Shown: positions 12,301-22,763 of the stretch, in pieces
Position numbering within the stretch: position 1 is the first letter of the stretch
Layout: each line of letters starts with the position of its first letter
Source: Mustelus asterias
Taxonomy: Eukaryota
Direction of reading: 5' to 3'
Length of the DNA stretch: 64,000 nucleotides
Assembly (NCBI RefSeq): GCF_964213995.1
Contig: NW_027590119.1
Location: 2,108,001-2,172,000 of the forward strand
Position numbers and translations under genes: made by a program
The notes under the pieces: model-generated
What the model was told of the DNA's origin: nothing
Databases searched by the model: none
The model's input: the letters and a program-made list of their open reading frames with translations, nothing else

Positions 12301-14558
12301 CCTTCAGAATCATTGTCAGCTCCCTGGTTTGCAGCTGCGGGGCTTCTCCCTCCCTCCCTCCCGGGAACAGGCCCAGGTTAACGGCCCCATCCTGGCTCAG
12401 CCACTGGAGGATGGTTCACATCAGAGGATGGGGGAGGGGGACAATAAATAAGAGGTTACACTTTGGCCTCAAATCAATGAGGACTCTGATCTCTGGGAAG
12501 GAAGGAAACCCTGGGAGGTGGGCGGGGAGGATTCACAAACACCCGCTGGAGGTCCCAACACACCCAATAAGAAGCTGCAGCTCCCTGCAGTGACCGGGAA
12601 AGAAAATAATTGATTTTATTTTCACTCTGTACAAAAGAGAATTGAACCCATCCAGAATAGAGGGTGGGAGAAAAGATTTGTGAAGATATTTCACACTGGG
12701 TTTGCCAGGCTGACCAACTCTCTGAGAAAATGAAAGGACATCCTTCATGAGTCTGTCGAAGCAGGTGAGCAGTATTGTGTGCGGTGCTGCTGGAACTGTG
12801 TGGGTGGACAGGGGCTGGTTGGCAGCCAGAACAGTTGGAAGAGGGTGCTGCACAGATCCATCTTATGGGTGAAACAGCGCCCATACGCCATGCAGCCTGG
12901 CACACTGGAGTCATGGGACAATCCATTGAAATATGAGCTGGTTGGTCAGTGTGGGAGTTGGTTGCAGGACAGGGAGGAGGGAAAGTGTTCAGGATGAGGA
13001 TTTACTGCTGCACAGGAACAAGTGAGGAAACGATGTTCCACAGAACATAGTTTCAAATTCCAGCATCCGCAGTAATTTGCTTTGATTCCAAATAAACTTA
13101 TTGGACTTTAACCTGGTGTTCTGAGACTTCTTACTGTGCAAACTCCAGAGAGACAGTCACCCACCGCTGGAATCGAACCCAGACTCAGTGAGGCAGCAGT
13201 GCTAACCACTGTGCCACAGTGAAGGGAGTTTGCCGCAAATTTCGGGTGATAACAATGGGCTGGATGTTGCTCAGAATGTGGAGCACTGCAGCAAAGTACA
13301 GAGAGACAGAGCAGCAAACTGGACTGAGAAATGGAGTCTGCAGACTGGAACTGGCAGCATGAGGAGAGGTTATTTAGTCTAACACTCACAGCAATCTACA
13401 ACCCACCCCCATTACCGAGACAGTGAGACAGAGATTACAAACACTCACCAACACAGCTCCACTGAAACGTCCCAGGAAAAAGGGGGAATCTGTGGCAGTT
13501 CCTGTCCTGAAATAGCCCCAGGACTGTCACTCAAATCCCCAACCCGGCCCAGTTCACAGCTCAGCCTCTCAGCTTGCAGCTTCCTGCACCTTGAGCCAAC
13601 CCTGTCCAGGTGTGGGAGGGATGTGGAACCCCAGAGTGGGGGGAGGGGTGACCTCCTGCTGTGTCCCAAATAGTTTCTCCTTCCCCTCCCCCTTGGCGCT
13701 CGAAGGTCTCAATGTGGATGTGTTGATGGACATTGCAGAGCCTAACTGAGCTGCGCCTGTCCCTTATCCTGGGTCAACCCCTCCCCTTGGGTTCAGTGTG
13801 TTCAGTTCGCTGCTTCTTTCCCTGCTGAACCTTCAGTTAATCAAAAACAGAAAGTGCTGGAAAACCTCAGCAGGTCTGGTCGCATCTGTGATCATCCAGA
13901 CTGGAAGCATGAACTCCATTCTCTCTCCACAGATGCTGTCAGACCTGCTTTGATTTTCCAGCATTTTCTGTTTAAGATTCCAGCATCCGCAGTGTTTTGC
14001 TTTTATCTTCATTTAAACAAGCTATTGTCCCTGACTCCCACATTAACTGTCATTCCTTCCCTTTATCCCGCTCACATCCCGCTCGAAACTCATACTCAGA
14101 GTTTTACCGCCATCTCCCCCTCCCCCAGCTCCCACATCCCAACACCCGGAATCTCTAACCCAGCGGTTCCAGTTTGTCTGGTTTGAGTTCAGATTTGCCG
14201 CAGCACCGACAGGATTTCACTTCAAACCAGCCGGAACTGACTGCTCACAAATCCCAAAATGTTTCTCCAGCAGCCCGGGCTTGTTAATGTTGTTTAAAGT
14301 CAGCGCCCAAATGCAGTTACTCTCCTCAGTTTAAAAAACTTCTCCGTTTAATCCAAAGTATTATTCGCACCAGACATAAACACAAAATTGTGAACGTTAC
14401 CCCCCGCCCCCCCAACCAGACCCGAGCTGGGGTGTCCTGAGTAAGAGACATCTGTTTCGGGTGTGACAATTCTTACACATTCTCTGGTTGACATAAAACG
14501 GAAAACGCTGGAAATTGCCCCCATTACCGAGACAGTGAGACAGAGATTACAAACACTC

Positions 14559-17500
14559 TTTTTTTTATTTCAAAAATATACTTTATTCACAAAAAAAACT
14601 CTCCAATAAAACATTGCAAAATGACAGATCCAAAAGTCATAAACAGTGCAAAAAAGAATCATTTTTACAGTACAATACAGTGCTTATTGACAAAACATTA
14701 CATTCATTACATTTCATTACTTAAAACTATGTACATACATCAGAGTTTACTGTGTGCCGTTATTTATCAGGTTGGCACACAGTTACGCAGGCCGAGGGTA
14801 TTCTGCAGTTACCCGGCCCTCGGTCTGCCTCGGTTGAGACGCTTTACACGGTGGCCTTTCCCCATTGTGCCTTGGCGGCGGCTGCCCCAAGCTTGAGCGC
14901 GTCCCTGAGCACAGAGTCCTGGACCTTGGAATGTGCCAGTCTGCAACACTCGGTCGAGGACAATTCTTTCAGCTGGAAGATCAGCAAGTTTCGGGCGCAC
15001 CAAAGCACGTCCTCCACCGAGTTGATGACCCTCCAGCAGCAGTTGATATTTGTCTCGGTGTGCGTCCCCGGAAACAGCCCGTAGAGCACAGAGTCCTGCG
15101 TCACCGAGCTGCCCGGGACGAACCGCGACAAATACCACTGCACCTCACTCCAGACCTTCTTTGCAAAGGCACATTCCACAAGGAGGTGTGCGACCGTCTC
15201 ATCACCCCCGCAGCCGCTTCGAGAGCAGAGTGCGGTGAGGTTGAGACCCCGGGCGTGCATAAAGGATCTGACGGGGAGTGCCCTTCTCACCACCAGCCAA
15301 GCCAGGTCTTGGTGCTTGTTTGTGAGTTCTGGTGATGAGGCATTCTGCCAAATGACATTGACAGTCCGCTCAGGGAACCATCCGACAGGATCTGCCATCT
15401 CCTTTTCTCTCAGGGCCTCAAGGACATTACGTGCTGACCACTGCTTGATAGCCATGTGATCAAAGGTGTGTTTCCGGAAGAATTTCTCCACGAAGGACAG
15501 GTGCTGCGGTACGGTCCAACTACTTGGAGCGTTCCGCGGCAATGTGGCCAGACCCATCCTCCGCAACACTTGGGACAGGTAGAACCTCAAAAAATAGTAG
15601 CACTTGCTGTTACTGTACCGAGGATCTACACACAGCTTGATGCAGCCGCACACAAAGGTGGCCATCAGGATGAGGGCGGCGTTGGGAACGTTTTTCCCTT
15701 CATTCTCTGGAGATTTGTGCATCGCCTCCCTCCGGACACGATCCATCTTTGATCTCCAGATGAACTTAAAGATGGCCCGGGTCACTGCTGCTGCGCAGGA
15801 CTTGGGGAGAGGCCACACCTGCGCCACGTACAACAACACGGACAGAACCTCGCATTGGATCACAAGGTTCTTCCCAGTGATGGAGAGGGAGCGTTGCTCC
15901 CACAATCCCAATTTTTGTCTGGCTTTGGCGATGCGCTCCTCCCAGTTTCTGGCGCATGCCCCTGCCGCTCTGAACCATATCCCCAGCACCTTGAGGTAGT
16001 CTGCCCTAATGGTGAAGGGGATAAAGGATGTGTCAGGCCAGTTCCCAAAGAACATGGCCTCACTCTTACCCTGGTTGACTTTGGCCCCCGAGGCCAGCTC
16101 GAACTGCTCACAGACTCGGAGGAGCCTGCGAACAGACGAGGGGTCCGAGCAGAAAACAGCCAAGTCATCCATGTAGAGGGAGGCTTTAACTTGCGTCCCT
16201 CCGCTGCCTGGGATTGTAACCCCTTTGATGCCTGGGTCGCTTCTGAGGGCCTCGGCAAAGGGTTCAATGCAACACACAAAAAGGACGGAGGAGAGAGGGC
16301 AGCCCTGCCTGACTCCAGACCTGATTTGAAACATATCTGATTCCCACCCATTGATTGAAACTGCGCTACTGATGTCTGTGTAGAGCAGTTGGATCCAAAT
16401 GCGGATTCCCTCCCCAAAGCCCATTTTGGAGAGCACATCCATCATGTAGCTGTGCGATATTCTGTCAAACGCCTTCTCCTGGTCTAGACTGATGAGGCAG
16501 GTGTCCACCTGCCTGTCCTGCACGTTCGGCGATCGTATCCCTGAGTAGCGCGAGGCTATCAGAGATCTTCCTGCCGGGTACAGCACAGGTTTGATCAGGA
16601 TGGATCACTGACCCCAGAGCAGACTTGACCCGGTTGGTGATGACCTTGGCCAGAATCTTGTAATCCACATTCAATAGTGAAATAGGTCTCCAATTTCTAA
16701 TTTCTTCCCATTCCCCCTTCTGCTTGTAGATGAGGGTAATGATGCCTTTCCTCATGGATTCTGACATGCTGCCTTCCAGAAGCATACTCTCGTATACTTC
16801 CAGGAGGTCCGGGCCCGTCAAGTCCCACAACGCCGAGTAAAGCTCAGCCGGTAAGCCGTCGCTACCGGGAGTTTTACCCTTCTGAAGGGACTCGACTGCC
16901 TTTGTCAGCTCATCCAGAGCTACCGGTCTGTCCAGGCTCTCCCGCTCGCCGTCGTCCAAGACTTGCGTGATAGACGACAGGAAAGACTGGGAGGCCGTGC
17001 TGTCTGTTGGCTTCAGGTCATACAGTCCGGCATAGAAGGATTTGCAAATCCTCAGGATGTCAGACTGCGATGACCTTACAGAGCCATCTTCTTCCTTCAG
17101 GCTTGTGATCACAGAGGTTTCTCTGTGCACCTCCTGGAAGAAGAAACGCGAGCACGTTTCGTCCTGCTCCACAGAGCGGACCCTGGACCGGAAGATAACC
17201 TTGGAGGCCTCCGAGGCAAAGAGCGAGGCTTGCTGGCTCTTCACCTCCCGGAGGTCCTCCTTGACATCCACCCCCATCGACTGCAGTTGGAGTAGCTCCT
17301 GCATGCTTTTCTGGAGTCGGGACATTTCCCTCCGTCTCTCCCTGGCCTTCTGAACCCCTTTTCGGATAAAGAATCTCTTGATGTTGCCCTTGATGGTTTC
17401 CCACCAGAGCGATGGAGACTCAAAGAAGGGTTTCACGGTTCTCCAACCGTGGTAAACCCTCTTGAGTTCCTCGAGGTTCTCTGGGGTCAACAGTTCTACA

Positions 17501-17677
17501 TTAAGCTTCCAGGACCCCCTGCCCACTTTCTGGTTTTCCTCCAGCTGACAGTCTGCCAGCAGGAGGCAGTGGTCAGAGAAGAACACCGGCTTGACGTCGG
17601 TGGACCTGACCGTGAGCGCGCGGGATGCAAACATGAAGTCGATCCTGGAGCGGACAGACCCGTCTGGCCGCGACCCC
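14559..17677 (-). mobile_element. Tx1-clade non-LTR retrotransposon, 5'-truncated ORF2 with one frameshift
   Basis: APE C-terminus (SRIDF...FFSDH), RT (KTPGSDGLP, WRPISLLNVDYK, SLDQEKAFD, RQGCPLS, YMDD) and a C-terminal zinc motif (CSRSGCGGDETVAHLLVEC); frameshift near 16525; AATAAA and poly(A) at the 3' end. Confidence 0.93.
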
Positions 17678-17820
17678 TTTGGTAGCAAATACCATAAGCT
17701 TTCGGAGCACAGCTCCTTCGTCAGATGGAGTGGAACCTGAGTAAACCTGTTGGACTTTAACCTGGTGTTGTGAGACTTCTTACTGTGCTTACCCCAGTCC
17801 AACGCCGGCATCTCCACATC
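17678..17820. mobile_element. Penelope-derived element, family A, abutting the Tx1 5' end
   Basis: Same terminus as other family A copies (...CCAGTCCAACGCCGGCATCTCCACATC). Confidence 0.8.
17692..17728 (-). ncRNA. Minimal type I hammerhead ribozyme motif (PLE type)
   Basis: Minus strand: CCAT-CTGACGA-A-GGAGC-TGT-GCTCC-GAAA-GCTT-ATGG; complete catalytic core, 5-bp stem II, 4-bp stem I and loopless palindromic stem III. Confidence 0.75.
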
Positions 17821-18249
17821 AGAGCAATAACCAGGGTCAGGAACATTTTCACCCCCATGGTTCCAATCTGAGCTCCAGAATTAGGGAGGGTGATCTCTGT
17901 CTGAACGGGACCTGGAATGTGAGAAATTGAAAGAATTAGCAAGGTGTGATGCGATTGGCTGGGATTTATTTTCCTCGCCCATTTTTATATCTGCAAAAAG
18001 TCACTCTGCAGAAGGCGACTGTGATGTTTGATAAGTGATCAGAGCGCGCCCTCCCGTGGACAGTACCAGCGCATTGGAAACAGATGCAGAACGAAGAGCC
18101 CAGATATGTACAGTCTGAGAAATATAAAAACCCAGAAATATCTAGTACAGGTACAACACGGACAAGAGGAAATATCCGCTCCACATGCACACCATTAATA
18201 CCCCTTCGGGTTTTAAGGCTTTAAGAAAGTTATCTCTCAATCTCCGAAA

Positions 18250-19660
18250 CTCAGTGGATACAAATCCAGCATCAGTACCCTTCTGCTTATCCAGAAAACC
18301 CGCTCATACCTGGTAATACATTCTCTGGACGTTTGCTAACGCATTACCATCTTTCTATAGATAAGGAATCAAGTATTGTACACAATACTCCAGATGTGAT
18401 TTCTCCAATGCCCTACACAACAGAAACATACTAGAATTTAGAAGAATGGGTGGAGATCAAATTGAGGAATACAAGATGACAAAAGATATGGATAAAGTAG
18501 ACGTGGAGCGGATGTTCCTCTTGTGGGGCATTCTTCGAGGAGAGGGCACAGACTTTGGATAAGGGGTAGCAAATTTAAAACAGTTGAGGAGAAACTACTT
18601 CTCCCAAAGGGTTGTGAATCTGTGAATTCCCTACCCCAAAGTGCGGTGGATGCTTGAGTAAACGTAAGGAGGTGTTAGACAGATTTTTTAATTGGGAAAG
18701 GATTGAAGGGTTATGAGAGAAAGTAGGAAAATGGGGATGAGGATCTTATCAGCCATGATCGAATGGTGGAGCGGACTCGATGGGCCGAATGTCCCAATTC
18801 TGTTCCTATATCTTATGAACTTATGACCCTTCCTATTTAATGATACATTCCCCAGCAATAAATGGTAACATTTTATGACGTTTCTAATTAATTGCTGTAC
18901 CTGTATATTAGCCCTTCTTGATTCACGGCCTTGGACAGCCCAACCCCTCTGTACCTCAGAATTTTGTGATCTCTCACCATTTAGATATTAAGCATATTTA
19001 ATGTTCATCATGCCAAAATGGACATTTTCACATTTGCCTATATTACACTAAATTTGACGGAGGTTTGCCAATTCTTTTAACCTATTTATGTCCCTTGATC
19101 GTCTCCTTACATCCTCTTCACCACTTATTTTCCTATCTACCTTTTTGTCGTCATCAAACTTTGCATCCATATCTGCTCTATAAAATATTACTGTGTATTC
19201 TGATAATTTAATCCGTTCTCCTGGATGACTGCTCTGTGAATATCACTGTATAATCCAACAATTAATCCGGTTCTGCTGGATTCCTGCTCTGTAACATATC
19301 ACTGTGTAATCCAATAATTAATCCAGTTCTCCTGGATTCCTGCTCTGTAACATATCAGTTGTAACCCAGCAATTAATCCAATTCTCCCGGATTCCTGCTC
19401 TACAATATACCGAGTAGAGGGCAACTAAATAACAATAAGGGAGGAGAAGATGAAATATGAGTGTAAGCTAGCCAGTAATATAAAAGTACATAGAAAGAAT
19501 TTTTTTTTCAAGATATAAAAGGTAAGAGAGAGGCAAAGAGTAGTCATTGGACCACTGGAAAATAAGGCTGGAGAAGTAATAATAGGAAACAAAGCAATGA
19601 CAGAGGAACTGAATATTTACTTTGCATCAGTCTTCACGGTGGAAGACACCAGTGGAAATA
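18250..19660. mobile_element. Cluster of old CR1-type LINE fragments
   Basis: CR1 3' end at about 18440-18825 (+) ending TCTTATGAACTTATGA, inserted in a minus-strand RT fragment; TEELNIYFASVFT-like piece near 19600. Confidence 0.65.
19172..19410 (+). repeat. About 56-bp tandem repeat, about 4 copies
   Basis: CTGCTCTGTAACATATCACTGTGTAATCCAATAATTAATCCAGTTCTCCTGGATTC-like units at 19172, 19229, 19284, 19340 and 19395. Confidence 0.8.
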
Positions 19661-20223
19661 GTAGGTGTGAATGGCCAAACGGCAGAGAAGCTGAAATCAG
19701 AGGGTAAGCTGTGACAGATGAAGATAAGGGGGGAGGAGGGAGATTGGTGGGAGAGAGGTAAAATTGGTGGGAGAGAGGTGAAAACGGGGAGAAAGGGAAG
19801 CAAAGGTGGAGAAAAGATAAGGAAAGGGGAAAGAATAGGAGGCGGATAAGAAAGACAATACAGGAATAAAAGGAAGAGAACAGTTAAAAAATTAATAAAA
19901 TTAACCGACTTCCTGTTCTCACTCCGCCTTACAGGTTGAAGCGATTAAATGGACAAGTTTGGGTCTCATCCCTTTCCAGGTCCCCGAGGGGGGAACAAAC
20001 TCCTTAGTTTATTTCTCCCGACGCTGAGAGCCAAGGGAGCCGTGCGCTGATTGGGTCATTTGAAGACAATGGAATTCTAAGGTTGGATGTCAGTGAATGA
20101 TGGTGTCAGGAATGAACCAATCAACAACGGCCCGGATGTAACTCAACTTCTCACCCGCTCTTGACAATTAAAATGTTAACTTCAACCCTCTCTGCTCACA
20201 TCCCGCTCGACCTCTCTGCAAAC

Positions 20224-21116
20224 ATGTCTCCTGTGACTCTGAGCTTATTCCTCACAGCTGCAGCTCTACTAACCGGTAGGTTCACAAGTTACAAACTCTG
20301 CGTTTCACATATTTACCATTCACTGCATTCAATTGAGCAGTTCGATTAACGCACTGGTAAAAATATATATTGATTCTAATATCAATTAGAATCATCTTTG
20401 TCTCACCAAGGGAGGAGGCAAAATACCTCAGCTGAATGAGAGTGAAGAGTTAAGGTGGGATTGCAGGCCCCGCCGGAGCCGCTGAGGGACTTTGACAAAC
20501 TTGATAAAATCTGGATGAAAGCGTTGACAAACCCGAGATCTATAAACCCACGGACAGTTTAGTTTCCCCATCAAATAACGTGAAACGAAGGCGAGGATCT
20601 GATCTCCTCAGGAGGTGTTCATTTAACGGAGTGTCATTTAACCGCGACAAACACGTTCCCGTTACAACCTGCGTGTTGCGGGATTTATATTCCTGTTTAG
20701 ATCCTGTGATTCGTTTTTCAGATTATTGGCCAGGGTGACGGGCCGAATCCGGCCATTAAACAAAGTGAACTGACATCGTTTAATTTAGCATTACTCTTGG
20801 CTCTTACAGGACAATGTGGAGGAGATCCAGTTTCACAGATACCGGCTGCAGTCACAGTGAGTGAAGGAGATGATGTTCAGTTATTCTGTAATTATACAAC
20901 TGCAAGCTTTGACAATTATTACCTATTCAGGTACCGTCAGTATCCCAGCGGATCCATGGAGTACCTGCTGAGGGGAAGCAAATATACCGGGAACAAAGAG
21001 AGATTCCCAGGGGACCGTTTATCAGCAGAGCTCAATGATACAACCCGTACCGTCCCGCTGAAAATGTGTAAAACAGAGCTGGCAGACGCCGGGGTTTATT
21101 ACTGCGCACTGAGACC
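20224..21116 (+). CDS. TCR alpha/delta-type V segment V1 (leader exon 20224-20275, V exon 20810-21116); open frame but conserved Trp41 replaced by Arg
   Basis: Leader MSPVTLSLFLTAAALLT-G followed by GT donor; AG acceptor at 20808-20809, phase 1. V exon GQCGGDPVSQ...LFCNY...LFRYRQYP...DAGVYYCALR, followed by a 23-RSS. Confidence 0.9.
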
Positions 21117-21155
21117 CACAGAGACACAGAGCTGGGCTGAACCTGTACAAAAACT
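21117..21155 (+). other. 23-RSS of V1
   Basis: Heptamer CACAGAG 21117-21123, 23-nt spacer, nonamer ACAAAAACT 21147-21155. Confidence 0.92.
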
Positions 21156-21229
21156 CTCAAAACCTCACTCAACATGAACAGGATAAACAGGAGTCCCAAG
21201 ATAAACAGGAGTTGGGACGGTGAGAATAG

Positions 21230-21301
21230 TGGTTCCACCGAGATTCGGACTCAGACTGCTGGATTGAAAGTCCAACGTGCTCACCGTTACATCATGAAAC
21301 C
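21230..21301 (-). pseudogene. tRNA-Gln-derived pseudogene whose anticodon reads TTC
   Basis: Reverse complement is 72 nt, GGTTTCATGATGTAACGGTGAGCACGTTGGACTTTCAATCCAGCAGTCTGAGTCCGAATCTCGGTGGAACCA, colinear with vertebrate tRNA-Gln; anticodon loop CT-TTC-AA; T loop degenerate. Confidence 0.75.
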
Positions 21302-21604
21302 AACAGGCGCCGGTATAAGGCAGGAGGTCTTTCACTCAGATCTCACACATACACATTCTTGGTCAATAAGGGCTGTTGCTGTTTGACACCAACTGCTCCT
21401 TTCTATCGACAGAGCGTTAAAGAGGAGCGAAAATGAAAAAGAGAAACACTGATGTTGCAGGCATCTGTCGACAGAGGCCCAGCAATGTGCATTGTAATAG
21501 CAGTGGAATAGGCTGGCAAATTGTCCTCTCGATTCGCACTTGGTGAAAACTTTAAGCGGAATGTCCTTCAGCAAAGCAATCATCGGCATTGACAAAGAAA
21601 GGCA

Positions 21605-21676
21605 AGGTCCTGCGGAGATTTGAACTCAGATCGCTGGATTCAAAGTCAAGAGTAATACCCATTACACCACAGAACC
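21605..21676 (-). tRNA. tRNA-Gln(TTG)-like gene, probably a pseudogene
   Basis: Reverse complement is 72 nt, GGTTCTGTGGTGTAATGGGTATTACTCTTGACTTTGAATCCAGCGATCTGAGTTCAAATCTCCGCAGGACCT; acceptor stem pairs and B box GTTCAAATC is intact; mismatches in the D, anticodon and T stems. Confidence 0.75.
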
Positions 21677-21877
21677 CAGAAAATCGCAAACAGATGCAAA
21701 TGACTTATGAAACACAACTACTTCTGCTGATATCTCCCGGTACGGCTTGCGAAGGAAATGATTTGCTATAGATTTGGAGGGCTGTGTTGTTCACTGGATT
21801 TACTACAATAAAGTTTATAAAATGTCTATCTCTTTGATGAAGCACAGGCGACAAACTGTCAGGACTGCTCCTCTATA

Positions 21878-21916
21878 GGTTTTTGTACGACTCGTATTGA
21901 TCTTTACAACACTGTG
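21878..21916 (-). other. 23-RSS of V2 (perfect consensus)
   Basis: Minus strand: CACAGTG (21916-21910), 23-nt spacer, ACAAAAACC (21886-21878). Confidence 0.97.
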
Positions 21917-22435
21917 CCTCGACTGCACAGAAATAGGTAGCAGTGTCTGTCACCCGAGTGCCACCAACATTCAGAACGCTTCGTTTCTCTGCAACAATGT
22001 TCCGAGCCCTGATCCTGCCCTGATCGCTGGTACCGCTCACCAGGTGCTGCACGGTTCGGTCCGGGTATTGTCTGTACCATTGTAGGACCAGTCCAGCTGC
22101 AGTAGTGGAACAGTTCAACGATGCCAGGTCTATCTCAGTAACCACCACAGACTCTGGAGACTGTGATACCTCTTCACTACCAGCGGCATCTGGGAAGGAT
22201 ATGTAGATACGCAATAATATCATAAAATTAAAATCTCATAGTGCAATACAATGTTGCACAATGAAGTACAATTGAATGCATAATACAAGATAACACAACA
22301 AAACAGAATACTATTTAACAGAACGTAGCATTGCTAATGTGTGAAATATCGCTGTCAGAAAAAGCGACCACACTTACACTGAGGGAAGAGTAAGAAATCC
22401 AGGGAGATGATCACTGAAGCGAAGCTGAGCTTCAT
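21917..22435 (-). CDS. TCR alpha/delta-type V segment V2 (leader exon 22435-22378, V exon 22189-21917); intact, short CDR2 region
   Basis: Leader MKLSFASVIISLDFLLFPQ followed by GTAAGT donor; TTCCCAG acceptor, phase 1. V exon EEVSQSPES...SLNC...WYRQYP...DTATYFCAVE, followed by a consensus RSS. Confidence 0.92.
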
Positions 22436-22665
22436 GTCGGAACCTATCGACACTTGTAAAACAGTTGTAGGAAGATCTCAGGACAGGAAAAGCTCCTGGG
22501 AAAGCAAAGCTATTGGACATGAATCTGAGCCCAACACCAGTTATACTCTCGCGACCAGAGCTGGATCTCTGAGACTTTTGATCAGGGAGTGAAATAGTGA
22601 GGGAGCTCCAGCATCGATAGGGTGTGGGGGAGGAGCGTGCGCAAGAGTCAGAGCATCCCGCATTG

Positions 22666-22763
22666 TGACATCAGAGCAACAGACATTGTGACATCAGAGT
22701 ATCCGCCTCTGTGACGTCAGAATGCGGGCATGTGCGGCGTCACCATGCAGCCCTTTGACGTCA
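22666..22763. promoter_or_regulatory. Array of CRE/ATF-like motifs upstream of V2
   Basis: TGACATCA at 22666 and 22689, TGACGTCA at 22712 and 22756, CGGCGTCA at 22735; about 23-bp period; 230-330 bp 5' of the V2 ATG. Confidence 0.55.

Larger units (their letters stand above)
1059..12544 (+). repeat. Left arm of a large inverted segmental duplication
   Basis: 1059-8090 matches the reverse complement of 43950-49589; 8485-12028 matches 39291-42345; 12030-12544 matches 36002-36520. The ORF track shows mirrored near-identical peptides (MTERQWELSG..., MLEATNYWR..., MVNL[RG]ISGRQG...). Confidence 0.93.

Noticed and set aside
12090-12593. 167-aa ORF and its 185-aa mirror at 35971-36528 as a conserved gene
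   Set aside because: The similarity is explained by the recent duplication of a GC-rich promoter; no recognisable domain and non-ATG starts.
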